From assembly GCA_039740895.1 (NCBI GenBank), contig JBCLGS010000003.1:1-52949 (forward strand): a DNA stretch of 52,949 bases. The letters run 5' to 3'. A program made the translations under genes and the position numbers. Shown one piece after another: positions 8,052 through 16,289 of this stretch (position 1 is its first letter; every line of letters starts with the position of its first letter). Below the pieces are notes generated by a model that searched no databases, was not told the origin of the DNA, and was given only the letters and a program-made list of their open reading frames with translations. The DNA comes from Parcubacteria group bacterium (GTDB lineage: Bacteria; Patescibacteriota; Minisyncoccia; Phycocordibacterales; DATDWN01).

Positions 8052-9413
8052 TTAAAGTTGATACGGAACTCCCCTCTCAGGATAAATTGCGTCTACCATG
8101 ATTTCCTCATGGAGGCGTTGAGCTAGATATGTCGCTGCTTTCGGCTCACCCAGCACCACAAAAACTTTTTTGACTGTCTGGGCAGTATCTGCCACCATCG
8201 CAACTAGATTATCTGAATCTTTATGAGAAGAAAAACCTGAAATCATTTCTATTCTGGCTTTTACTTGTATCATCTCACCATTTATTTCTATCTGTCTTGG
8301 TTTATTTTCTATTTCTCGTCCAAGTGTGCCTATAGCCTGATAGCCCATAAGCAGTATGGTGCTTTTTGGGTCTGGCAGAAAATGTACTTCATGGCCAACA
8401 ACTCGTCCACCAGAAGACATTCCTGAACCTGCGATAATTATTTTTGAGTTCAATTTGTATTCAATATCCTGTGATTCTCTGGCTCCGTGAGTAATAGAAA
8501 GTTTTGGAAACTGAAAAATATCATCGCCACCTTTTATTTCATCCTGAACAACTTGATTGAAATTATCAGTCGAGCGTCTATATATGTCTGTAACCTTTTC
8601 TGCTAGAGGTGAGTCTAGAAAGACTGGAATGGATGGAATTTTTTTATCTTCCACCATATTGTTTAATTCGTATAAAATAACCTGAGTTCTCTCCAAGGCA
8701 AATGCTGGTATGACTATAGTCCCGCCCAAAGCTATCGTTTCCAAAATAATTTCTTTAAACATCAAATTCCTCTCCTCTTTTGGCTCATGGTTTCTGTCTC
8801 CATAGACACTATCCATAATCAAATAGTCTGCATCTGTAATCTTATCTGTGTCTTTCAATAGTGGTGAGGAAGAATTACCAGAGTCACCAGTGAAAACTAT
8901 TTTCTTTCCGCCGTATAGAAACTTATACATTGCTGAACCCAAAATGTGACCTGCATTCATAACAAAAACTTCAAACTCATCGTTTATTTTTTTGGTCTCG
9001 TGATAGGAAATAGTTTTCCATAAAGAAAAGGCCTTTTCTGCATCTCCCTTGGAATAAAGTGGCTCAACTCCAGATTCTCTTTTATTTATTTCCATTATCT
9101 TTATGGCATCCATAATCATGACCTGCGCCAGCTCAAATGTCTCTGGGGTTGAGTAAATTGTTCCATGAAAACCATCTTTGACTATTTTACCAACTCTTCC
9201 AATGTGGTCCATATGGGCATGGGTGATAAAAAGAAAATCTATAGTTTTTGTGTCGTATGGAAATTGCTTTTGATTCTCCATATCCGAGTCCTCTGTTCCC
9301 TGCACCAAACCACAATCAACAAGAATTCTTGTTTTATCATCTTCAAGTAGAAAATTTGCGCCAGTCACTGTACCCACGCCAGACCAGAAAGTTAAATTTA
9401 GTCTATTGTTCAT
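8052..9413 (-). CDS. MBL-fold metallo-hydrolase with beta-CASP/RNA-specificity domain
   Basis: 453 aa with HAHMDHIG (HxHxDH). Length and C-terminal region fit the CPSF/RNase J-like beta-CASP family. Confidence 0.75.
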   Translation of the reverse strand: MNNRLNLTFWSGVGTVTGANFLLEDDKTRILVDCGLVQGTEDSDMENQKQFPYDTKTIDFLFITHAHMDHIGRVGKIVKDGFHGTIYSTPETFELAQVMIMDAIKIMEINKRESGVEPLYSKGDAEKAFSLWKTISYHETKKINDEFEVFVMNAGHILGSAMYKFLYGGKKIVFTGDSGNSSSPLLKDTDKITDADYLIMDSVYGDRNHEPKEERNLMFKEIILETIALGGTIVIPAFALERTQVILYELNNMVEDKKIPSIPVFLDSPLAEKVTDIYRRSTDNFNQVVQDEIKGGDDIFQFPKLSITHGARESQDIEYKLNSKIIIAGSGMSSGGRVVGHEVHFLPDPKSTILLMGYQAIGTLGREIENKPRQIEINGEMIQVKARIEMISGFSSHKDSDNLVAMVADTAQTVKKVFVVLGEPKAATYLAQRLHEEIMVDAIYPERGVPYQL

Positions 9414-9811
9414 TATTTATTTTTTGAAAGATTAATCCCATATATTGCTCCGAAAAAACCGCCCAAAATATCCATTAATAAATCCGATATGGTATCTGTG
9501 ATGTAAGGCATTCCATCTGAAAGCATGGTGATGCCAAAATATAATTCATATAATTCCCACAATACTCCAATGGTCAACGCTCCAAGTATTCCAAGCCAGA
9601 TTAGTCTGGTGTTGCTAATCATCTCAAATTTTTTTCGATAAAAAATAACAAGCAAAACTGCCATTCCTACACAGGCTCCTGCTAGAAAATGCATTAGAAT
9701 ATCTATCCACCAAATAAACTCGTACAAATATAATTTTGATGCAATAAAATTAAGTAAGCCAATTATGGCAAGCAAAATGAAAGTATTTTTAAAAAGTTTC
9801 GTATTCATCAT
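9413..9811 (-). CDS. small integral membrane protein (4 predicted TM helices)
   Basis: 132 aa and hydrophobic throughout. It overlaps the downstream gene start by 1 nt. Confidence 0.5.
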   Translation of the reverse strand: MMNTKLFKNTFILLAIIGLLNFIASKLYLYEFIWWIDILMHFLAGACVGMAVLLVIFYRKKFEMISNTRLIWLGILGALTIGVLWELYELYFGITMLSDGMPYITDTISDLLMDILGGFFGAIYGINLSKNK

Positions 9812-9835
9812 TCACTAATTGTATCATAGCCGTAA

Positions 9836-10029
9836 ATGAAACTGTGCAAGAGATATTTTTAAATTTCTTTCTCGTTGTATATCTCAGGGAGCACACGATA
9901 AGTCTTGGTAGACTTTCGCTCCGTCGAGCTCCTGAGCCTCACGGCACGATTTACTAATCGCACGCTCCGAAGTCTCCCTTCGATACACAACTTCAACGAA
10001 ATTTAAAAATATCTCTTGCACAGTTTCAT
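9836..10029. repeat. long palindrome with 32-bp perfect terminal arms
   Basis: ATGAAACTGTGCAAGAGATATTTTTAAATTTC (9836-9867) is the exact reverse complement of 9998-10029. The interior is partly self-complementary. Confidence 0.9.
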
Positions 10030-10034
10030 AAACG

Positions 10035-10156
10035 GAAAATTCCAAATTTGGATGAAATCCGAGACGGATGAGAAATTTGTTTGGAGCCATACTTTCTGTA
10101 TGGTGACAAATAAATTTTGACATCCAACGAAGGAGTTCGCCAAATTTGGAATTTTC
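10035..10156. repeat. long imperfect palindrome, family 2
   Basis: 17-bp perfect arms GAAAATTCCAAATTTGG / CCAAATTTGGAATTTTC. The internal blocks are shared with 6541-6660 and the apical hairpin is CCATAC-TTTCT-GTATGG. Confidence 0.85.
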
Positions 10157-10394
10157 AGTAGGACTACGGCTGATACTTCCCTAGCTTGATACTATAAGTG
10201 GGTGTTCTCACATGTACTCGTCAGAACAAATAATGCTCATCGTGGTGCAAAAATATTGAACTCCCTGAATTAAAGTTAGATAGAAAATATCAAACGCAAT
10301 CCTTTTTATATTATACTCTAAAATAAATTATTGGTAAACACATACTGATATTCACCTACTACTTAAAAAATTATATCAGATTATTTTAGAATAT

Positions 10395-10422
10395 GAAAAG
10401 GCCCCGCACGAATGCGGGGCCG
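10395..10422 (-). terminator. rho-independent terminator of islet A
   Basis: Stem GGCCCCGCA / TGCGGGGCC (10401-10422) with loop CGAA, followed on the minus strand by TTTT. Confidence 0.8.
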
Positions 10423-10441
10423 AAGACTAAGGTCAAAGGAT

Positions 10442-11068
10442 CTAAGATATCTGAGTGACCAAGCCAAGAGCTACTCGAAGGCCAGCAAACCACCAGATGC
10501 CATCCCAGACGCCGTCGTCACGGCCGACGCGCACAAAGCTCACGCCGAACCAGCGACTGAAGGCAATGTAACACCATTTGTCGGTATCCTTCCAGTGAGT
10601 GCAGTTGGGGTGACTATCAGCAAAAGCCGGGTCTGCCTCGTTAACCGCTGATAGTGAATACGGATCAGCAGGCTTGAGTCCGCGGAGGTCGTACTCATTT
10701 TCCAAATCGGCGTCGCTGACATACTTACCAACCTTGAAGAAAATGACCTCCACCTCGTTACCCTCGCCTTTTGGCATGGTGGCGACGACAAAATCTTGAA
10801 TATGCTTTTTTCGGCCGGTGGCATTGATTGCCTCTTCCGGCGTGCGGTTGCGATTGACAGTGACTCTACGAGTGATCATGTTGCTGACCTCCTCTACGAA
10901 TTTTTGTACGACCGCAACCAAATCTGAAACCAAAACATCACCCCGATGTTCCAGCACCTGCTGGGTTGGTTCGCTCATGAGTCCGGACTTTCTCAGTCCA
11001 GCTCCGAGCAGTTCTTGGATTTTGCCGATCTGGCCGGCAGTTATTATCGATGGGGTCATGTTTTCCAT
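10442..11068 (-). CDS. hypothetical protein, GC-rich islet A (208 aa from MENMTPS)
   Basis: ATG at 11068 is preceded by GGAG 8 nt upstream. Hand counts give 40/60 G+C at 10501-10560 and 30/60 at 10741-10800, against 20/60 at 12481-12540. The C-terminal half (..GLKPADPYSLSAVNEADPAFADSHPN..WKD..WWFAG) resembles a widespread uncharacterised family that I cannot name with certainty. Confidence 0.7.
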   Translation of the reverse strand: MENMTPSIITAGQIGKIQELLGAGLRKSGLMSEPTQQVLEHRGDVLVSDLVAVVQKFVEEVSNMITRRVTVNRNRTPEEAINATGRKKHIQDFVVATMPKGEGNEVEVIFFKVGKYVSDADLENEYDLRGLKPADPYSLSAVNEADPAFADSHPNCTHWKDTDKWCYIAFSRWFGVSFVRVGRDDGVWDGIWWFAGLRVALGLVTQIS

Positions 11069-11106
11069 GGCGTCATCTCCTTTTTTCAATCCCATTCTTG
11101 CGAATG

Positions 11107-11169
11107 ACCTGCTCTAAAAGTCAGGATTTATCTAATGATAGGGATATCATACTTTAATTTTTCTGTCAA
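11107..11169 (-). promoter_or_regulatory. islet A promoter plus shortened leader motif
   Basis: Minus strand reads TTGACA (11169-11164), 17 nt, TATCCC with an upstream TG, then ATCCCTAT..ATAAATCCTGAC-TTTTAGA-GCAGGT (11107-11130). Confidence 0.5.
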
Positions 11170-11278
11170 GTAGATGTATCCGTCCATAACATATGAGACT
11201 CCTCGGCTGTTAATTTACTGACAAATAAAAATAGACCTTGCGGACAGGCACTAAATGGTGTGTAAATGGAAAATTTTA

Positions 11279-11440
11279 TTAGACCTGTTCCCAAATAAGC
11301 TTTCGGAGTAATTTCATCAATTTTAGAGCGAAACGAAGAGAAAAAGATAAGGAATATCGAGATATTTCGAATATTTTTCTCAAAGTTGTAGCCCAAAATT
11401 GATGAAATTAGCCGAATTTGTTATTTGGGAACAGGTCTAT
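11279..11440. repeat. long imperfect palindrome abutting the ndk stop codon
   Basis: Arms TTAGACCTGTTCCCAAATAA / TTATTTGGGAACAGGTCTAT match at 19 of 20 positions. There is an inner pair TAATTTCATCAATTTT / AAAATTGATGAAATTA. The right arm overlaps the ndk TAG. Confidence 0.85.
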
Positions 11441-12021
11441 TGATCAACACCAAATCTTTTATAAGAATAGGTTGGAGCTGAACCAAACCAATGTTTTACT
11501 TCGTGTAAAGCTTCTTCAGGGGTTTCAGAACAATGAATAATATTCATTACAGCCCTTTTCTCTTTGTTGGCTAAGGCAGGCGAATCTATTGAGAAATCAC
11601 CACGAATAGTTCCCATATCAGCTTTGTATGGCAATGTATCGCCAGCAATTTTACGAACGACATCCACAGAATGAACACCCTGAATTACCATTTTGACCAG
11701 AGGAGCCGATTTCATGTAGTCAATAAGCCATTTTCTAATTTCTGGACCAATTTTTGCTGGATCGGATGTGCCAAAATCAGCTACCAAATCTTCGCCATAT
11801 TTTTCGTATGTCGCTCTAGTTTTGTGACCAAGGCGCGTAACCCATTCCTCATTTTTTGGATAATGGTTATCTAATTGGTCGTGTGAGGGCTGGAACATCT
11901 CTAAAGCAATAATTTTCAAATCACGCTTTTCAAAACGTTGAATAACTTCACCAATCAAGCCTTTTCTAACACCGTCAGGTTTTATCATTACAAATGTTTT
12001 TTCTTCTTTTGGATGTGACAT
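11437..12021 (-). CDS. ndk: nucleoside-diphosphate kinase (long form)
   Basis: 194 aa with FVMIKPDGV and NIIHCSE (active-site His). It carries an internal insertion relative to the roughly 140-aa forms. Confidence 0.85.
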   Translation of the reverse strand: MSHPKEEKTFVMIKPDGVRKGLIGEVIQRFEKRDLKIIALEMFQPSHDQLDNHYPKNEEWVTRLGHKTRATYEKYGEDLVADFGTSDPAKIGPEIRKWLIDYMKSAPLVKMVIQGVHSVDVVRKIAGDTLPYKADMGTIRGDFSIDSPALANKEKRAVMNIIHCSETPEEALHEVKHWFGSAPTYSYKRFGVDQ

Positions 12022-12103
12022 AAAAAATTTATTTTGTTGTTAATGCAATAATTATACACAGTATTATACACAATTTGTAGATTTTGCTACAATATATATA
12101 AAT

Positions 12104-13123
12104 ATGCCTCCGACAAATCAAAACAAAAAAGAATTGACTCTCCAAGAAAAAATTGAAAAGGAAGCTCTCAATAGACCCGTCCCTACTCCGGAAAGAACAA
12201 GTAATGTTCTTAAATCATTGCGTACATATCAAGGCGATGTTCAAGAGATTTTAGCCAAAACAAAAGGATCTGTGGCCTCTGTTGTAATGGCAGAAAAAAG
12301 AAGAGATGATAGAGAGAGAGAAATAGTTCCAGAAGAGAGTTACGAGCAGAAAAAAGAAGAGGTTACCAAAATGGCCTCAGGTTTTGACATAAGTTCTCTT
12401 CCTCGACAAGATTCAACAGACAGCTTCACCTACAACACCAGACCAGAACAACCAGCATCTTCTGATATTAAAAATAAATTTTTCTTTTATTTGGGAGCAT
12501 TACTTTTTTTGTTGGGTTTGATAACCATTGCGACTGTCTTCTATCTTAAATCACAAAATGTTGCAATTACTGTAAATGGAGAACGAACAATAATAAATTA
12601 TTCACAAATTAAAAATCTTGATATGGCCACTTCAACTAAAAAGGCGTTGATTGCTACTATTCTAAATGAGAAACAAAACTTCAAGCTTCCAATAAATTCC
12701 GTACTTTATTTAAGTTCTGGAAGTATAAATGATTTCACATCAAAAATGACCACTCGGATGCCTGAAAGTTTGATAAGAGCACTTGATAAAAAATATATGA
12801 TGGGAATATACGCATATGATACCATTGAGCCATTTATTATATTTACAGAAACTGATTTTGGACTGAGTTATTCAGGAATGCTTCAATGGGAAAAAGGTAT
12901 GATCAGTGACATCGGTGAAATCTTCGGAATACCAGCAAATACTGTGGCTGTTTTTGAAGATGAATTTTTGAAAAACAAGGACCTTCGTGTAGTCAAAGAT
13001 GCAAGCAGAAAAACTATTCTGCTTTACACATTTCTTGATAAAAACACAATACTCATAACTTCAAACAAAAACATCTTTGGGGCTATTCTAGGCAAATATC
13101 TAACAAGCTCCGTGTCACGATAA
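12104..13123 (+). CDS. hypothetical membrane-anchored protein
   Basis: 339 aa. A charged N-terminal region is followed by a single TM (FFFYLGALLFLLGLITIATVFYL). No recognisable domain. Confidence 0.5.
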   Translation: MPPTNQNKKELTLQEKIEKEALNRPVPTPERTSNVLKSLRTYQGDVQEILAKTKGSVASVVMAEKRRDDREREIVPEESYEQKKEEVTKMASGFDISSLPRQDSTDSFTYNTRPEQPASSDIKNKFFFYLGALLFLLGLITIATVFYLKSQNVAITVNGERTIINYSQIKNLDMATSTKKALIATILNEKQNFKLPINSVLYLSSGSINDFTSKMTTRMPESLIRALDKKYMMGIYAYDTIEPFIIFTETDFGLSYSGMLQWEKGMISDIGEIFGIPANTVAVFEDEFLKNKDLRVVKDASRKTILLYTFLDKNTILITSNKNIFGAILGKYLTSSVSR

Positions 13124-13158
13124 AAGTAGTGAGAGAAGGTAAATTATAAAATAATAAT

Positions 13159-13180
13159 GCCCACCAATTTCTTGGTGGGC
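13159..13180. terminator. bidirectional terminator hairpin
   Basis: Stem GCCCACCAA / TTGGTGGGC with loop TTTC, between convergent 12104-13123 (+) and 13212-13424 (-). Both flanks are T-rich. Confidence 0.7.
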
Positions 13181-13211
13181 ATTTGTTGAGCGGGATTTGG
13201 AATTGTTGCTT

Positions 13212-13424
13212 CTACTTTTCGATCTTCCTTGGGATACTTTCCCAAGCGGCTTGTGCCGACTTGTGGAAGGTAGTTGCAAATCCGATAGTGCCGAGCAAAG
13301 AGCCGACAGCCATCAATATCCATATCTTCTCGTTGGGAACATTCTGGAATGCGCGGAACGCAATCCACCCATAAGTCAGAGCACAGAAAAACATCAATGT
13401 ACGAAACTTGATTAATCCAAACAT
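13212..13424 (-). CDS. small 2-TM membrane protein (GC-rich islet B, cassette B2)
   Basis: 70 aa with two hydrophobic helices. It has an AAGGA SD, is preceded by the leader motif, and is followed by a terminator. Confidence 0.6.
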   Translation of the reverse strand: MFGLIKFRTLMFFCALTYGWIAFRAFQNVPNEKIWILMAVGSLLGTIGFATTFHKSAQAAWESIPRKIEK

Positions 13425-13441
13425 ATTTTATCCTTTTCCAT

Positions 13442-13486
13442 ACCTGCTATTTATAGTCAGGATTTACTGGATTTTAATTCAAAGAA
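13442..13486 (-). promoter_or_regulatory. leader motif copy upstream of cassette B2
   Basis: Minus strand reads TTCTTTGAATTAAAATCCAGTAAATCCTGAC-TATAAATA-GCAGGT. It matches the islet D leader over 30 nt with one extra A. Confidence 0.7.
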
Positions 13487-13603
13487 CTTCCTGAATCTTG
13501 GCTAACAAACTTTCGTTTGTGAACCCAGTACAGGAGTCGAGCTTTCCCAAAGGATCACTCGACTCAAACCTTTTTACAGCTGGTAAGGCTGACACTGAAA
13601 GTG

Positions 13604-14128
13604 TTAGAAGTGGAAGAAACGGAAACCTTCGCGGATGGTTTGACGACTATACAGTTCAGTCATGGCTTCGACGAATTCTCGAGCTTCCACAAACTGAATG
13701 CCATCAATCCTACCGTATCGTTTCTCCCATACGTGAGCATGCCGCATGAAGAGGGTATTGATACCCTGTGCTTTGCAAGTGGCTTCGACAGCTCCCTTAA
13801 ACATTGCACGCTTCTCTTCCTCCCATGCTTTGTATGCATCTTTCTCAGTCTCTGAATTCGGACCTTTCAGTCCGTGGAGCTCTGAAGAACAGCAGGCGCA
13901 AACGACCGGGTAATAACCGCTTGTTGCGTCGTTTGGCAGATTAAATTGCATCTGCGTCCGTGTCCCAGTCATTTCCGAGACCCACATAACGAAAGCGAAT
14001 GCTGACATCGCCTTGTTGCGAAGAAGTGTAATCGGCTCACCATCCACAGGAACGTCAATAAGTTCGACATCCTCTACATGTACGGCGGTCTTTATCACTT
14101 CATGAATGCTCAAGCGCATGGTTTCCAT
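13604..14128 (-). CDS. hypothetical cytosolic protein (GC-rich islet B, cassette B1)
   Basis: 174 aa from METMRLS, with GAGGAG SD 6 nt upstream. An in-frame upstream ATG at 14158 would add MAAGVDEEID. No recognisable domain. Confidence 0.65.
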   Translation of the reverse strand: METMRLSIHEVIKTAVHVEDVELIDVPVDGEPITLLRNKAMSAFAFVMWVSEMTGTRTQMQFNLPNDATSGYYPVVCACCSSELHGLKGPNSETEKDAYKAWEEEKRAMFKGAVEATCKAQGINTLFMRHAHVWEKRYGRIDGIQFVEAREFVEAMTELYSRQTIREGFRFFHF

Positions 14129-14304
14129 ATCAATCTCCTCATCCACACCTGCCGCCATTGTTTCCAATGCTGGTCAGGATTTACTGGATTTTACAAAGAA
14201 CATAGGGATTACTCCCACCAAAGCATTCTTTCGCAAAAATGTTTTGGTAGAAGTCCGAATTAACCTTCTGCAAAAAGTATACACTAGTTCACATATTTTG
14301 TCAA
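14129..14304 (-). promoter_or_regulatory. islet B1 promoter and about 150-nt leader containing the conserved module
   Basis: Minus strand reads TTGACA (14304-14299), 17 nt, TATACT (14281-14276). The leader core at 14129-14219 matches islet D at 52 of 56 positions. Confidence 0.7.
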
Positions 14305-14376
14305 TAGTTTATGTATAGATAATATGTTATTATGATTATATCATTATAATTCACCATATTTTTAACATATATTTTT

Positions 14377-15117
14377 ATGACAAAAAACAATAAACACATC
14401 ATTGAACAGCTCCATGACATCGGCCTCAAGCAGAACGAGGCTGAAATCTATTTATTCCTCCTAGAAAACGGTCTCTCTACTCCGCCACAAATTGCCAAGG
14501 CGACAAGTATCGCCAGAACAAACTGCTACAACATCCTGAAATCGCTTCTTGAGAAAGATGTGGTCAATGAACAAATGAAAGGCAAGAAAAAAATCTACAC
14601 TGCACGAGACCCGAAATCACTTAAGCTAAACTTGGAACGGAAAATGGAGTCTATCAATCGTCTCTTGCCAGATCTTGAGGCTTTGCATAAAACCCAGAAA
14701 AACAAGCCGTTATTTCGATTCTACGATGGTTTTGACGAATTACGATTTATATATGAACAATCACTTGAAGCTCAAGAAATATATTCTATTGCTTCAATTG
14801 AAGGTTTACACCGGCTGGATAGCCAGTTCTTCGAGGAATATAACAAAAAATGCACTAGGAAAAACATACGGTTCCACGATATTTTGACTGCAGGGTCGCG
14901 AAAATCGGCAGAAATCATAGAAAATATCCAAGACAAGAATCATACGATTCAATTTTTGCCACCAGAATATTCTGAAAATATCACGGAGATGCTTATGTGG
15001 GATGATAATATCGCCTTAATATCTCTCGAGACTCCGATATTCGGCACAATTATCACAAGCAAGCCACTGGCAAACACCCTGAGAACCATTTTCAAATTCA
15101 TTTCTTCGAAACTTTAA
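14377..15117 (+). CDS. TrmB-family transcriptional regulator
   Basis: 246 aa. The N-terminal winged HTH (LKQNEAEIYLFLLENGLSTPPQIAKATSIARTNCYNILKSLLEKDVV) is typical of TrmB-like regulators. It is divergent from islet B. Confidence 0.65.
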   Translation: MTKNNKHIIEQLHDIGLKQNEAEIYLFLLENGLSTPPQIAKATSIARTNCYNILKSLLEKDVVNEQMKGKKKIYTARDPKSLKLNLERKMESINRLLPDLEALHKTQKNKPLFRFYDGFDELRFIYEQSLEAQEIYSIASIEGLHRLDSQFFEEYNKKCTRKNIRFHDILTAGSRKSAEIIENIQDKNHTIQFLPPEYSENITEMLMWDDNIALISLETPIFGTIITSKPLANTLRTIFKFISSKL

Positions 15118-15257
15118 AGTGGAAATTGGGTCAGTGAAATGTACCCCATTTTTCAAATTTTGGTAGCAAACTTTGAATAGGGTTTCGTTTGGGTATTGTT
15201 TTGCATTGGAGGATACTCTCGGTTGCAAGACTTTTGATGCATGATATAGTAGTGTAT

Positions 15258-15488
15258 ATGGTGATTAAGAACTTCTCAGTCATAATAGAGCAAGATAAAC
15301 ATGGCTTCGTAGCTGAATGTTTAGATTTGCAGGGATGTTACACTCAAGGTAAAACATACGAAGAGGTTATTGAGAATATCAAAGATGCAATAAAACTCCA
15401 CATTCAAGATAGTTTCAAAAAGAAAGATAAAGTAATCATACCAGAGAGATCTTTTAGTTTATCTAATCTGCAAATAGCAATTGCTTAG
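15258..15488 (+). CDS. hicB: HicB family antitoxin
   Basis: 76 aa from MVIKNFSVIIEQDKHGFVAECLDLQGCYTQGKTYEEV, a UPF0150/HicB fold. It sits 3 nt upstream of hicA. Confidence 0.75.
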   Translation: MVIKNFSVIIEQDKHGFVAECLDLQGCYTQGKTYEEVIENIKDAIKLHIQDSFKKKDKVIIPERSFSLSNLQIAIA

Positions 15489-15491
15489 ATT

Positions 15492-15698
15492 ATGTCTCCG
15501 AAGCTTATTCGAGTAACTGCCAACCAAATAATAAAAATTATAGAAAAGGCAGGATTTTCCCTTTCTCGACAAAATGGAAGTCATATGATTTTCTATCATC
15601 CTAAGGGAATCCGCATAACTGTCCCAAATCACGGCTCAAAAATACTTCATCCGAAGATAGTCAAGAATATACTGAGAGATATAGACATGGTGAAGTAG
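15492..15698 (+). CDS. hicA: HicA family toxin (mRNA interferase)
   Basis: 68 aa. KAGFSLSRQNGSHMIFYHPKGIRITVPNHGSKILHPKIVKNILRDI matches the HicA/YcfA signature. Confidence 0.85.
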   Translation: MSPKLIRVTANQIIKIIEKAGFSLSRQNGSHMIFYHPKGIRITVPNHGSKILHPKIVKNILRDIDMVK

Positions 15699-15775
15699 TT
15701 ATTAAAAATTTGTTTCGCTTTTCTGTAAAATTTTGAGGTTGCAAACCCCCTTAAATTTATCTATAATTGTGCTAT

Positions 15776-16138
15776 ATGAATATAGACACAATGCATTTTA
15801 AGAATCTATTAGAAGCAGAATTGAAGACTCTCGAGGAAGAGCTTTCAACTATTGGTAGAAAAAACCTAGATAATAAAGGTGATTGGGAACCAATTGAGTC
15901 AAATGCAAACGAAGGTGCTGCCGAAGAAGGTGATTTGGCCGAAGGAATGGAGGAATTTGAAAATAATAGAGGTATCCTATATCAGCTTGAAACTCGCCTA
16001 AACGAGGTTAAGTTGGCTTTGGAAAATATCGAGAATGGTAAGTTTGGTCTTTGTGAAGTAGATGGTGCGGAAATTGAACTTGATAGATTGGAAGCCAATC
16101 CAGCGGCTAGTACCTGCAAGGCTCACATGAACGATTAA
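15776..16138 (+). CDS. DksA/TraR-like protein with degenerate zinc finger
   Basis: 120 aa with a coiled-coil N-terminus. The C-terminal GKFGLCEVDGAEIELDRLEANPAASTCKAH resembles the DksA/TraR C4 region but keeps only 2 Cys. TATAAT at 15762-15767 lies 8 nt before this ATG. Confidence 0.55.
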   Translation: MNIDTMHFKNLLEAELKTLEEELSTIGRKNLDNKGDWEPIESNANEGAAEEGDLAEGMEEFENNRGILYQLETRLNEVKLALENIENGKFGLCEVDGAEIELDRLEANPAASTCKAHMND

Positions 16139-16260
16139 ATCTTGGTCTTTTTGTCCGATTTTTTTGTTGTTCGTTCCGTTCGCTTCCGCAGAGTATACTT
16201 ATACACTTTAGTCGCGATACTCACTCACAACTTCAAACTCGAACAAAAATCCTCAAGATT
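16138..16260. repeat. long imperfect palindrome, family 1 variant (apical GTATACTTATAC)
   Basis: Starts inside the stop codon of the preceding gene. Arms AATCTTGGTCTTTTTGTCCGA / TCGAACAAAAATCCTCAAGATT. Confidence 0.8.
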
Positions 16261-16289
16261 CATTTTACATTAAAATTATTTTTGCCAGA

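Noticed and set aside
9884-10123. 79-aa minus-strand ORF.
   Set aside because: It is contained entirely within two adjacent long palindromes (9836-10029 and 10035-10156), so it is a spurious reading of repeat DNA.
10412-11117. ORFs 10412-10651 (+), 10540-10824 (-) and 10818-11117 (+), which overlap the islet A gene.
   Set aside because: These are shadow ORFs produced by high G+C. Only the 10442-11068 minus-strand frame has a promoter, SD, terminator and full-length span.
11107-11130. Leader stem-loop (CCTGAC..GCAGG), considered as an integron attC-like recombination site.
   Set aside because: No integrase gene is present. There are no R''/R' core sites of the RYYYAAC / GTTRRRY type. The motif lies 5' of the ORFs between promoter and SD rather than at cassette 3' ends, and the cassettes are scattered rather than arrayed. 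It is kept only as a remote alternative.
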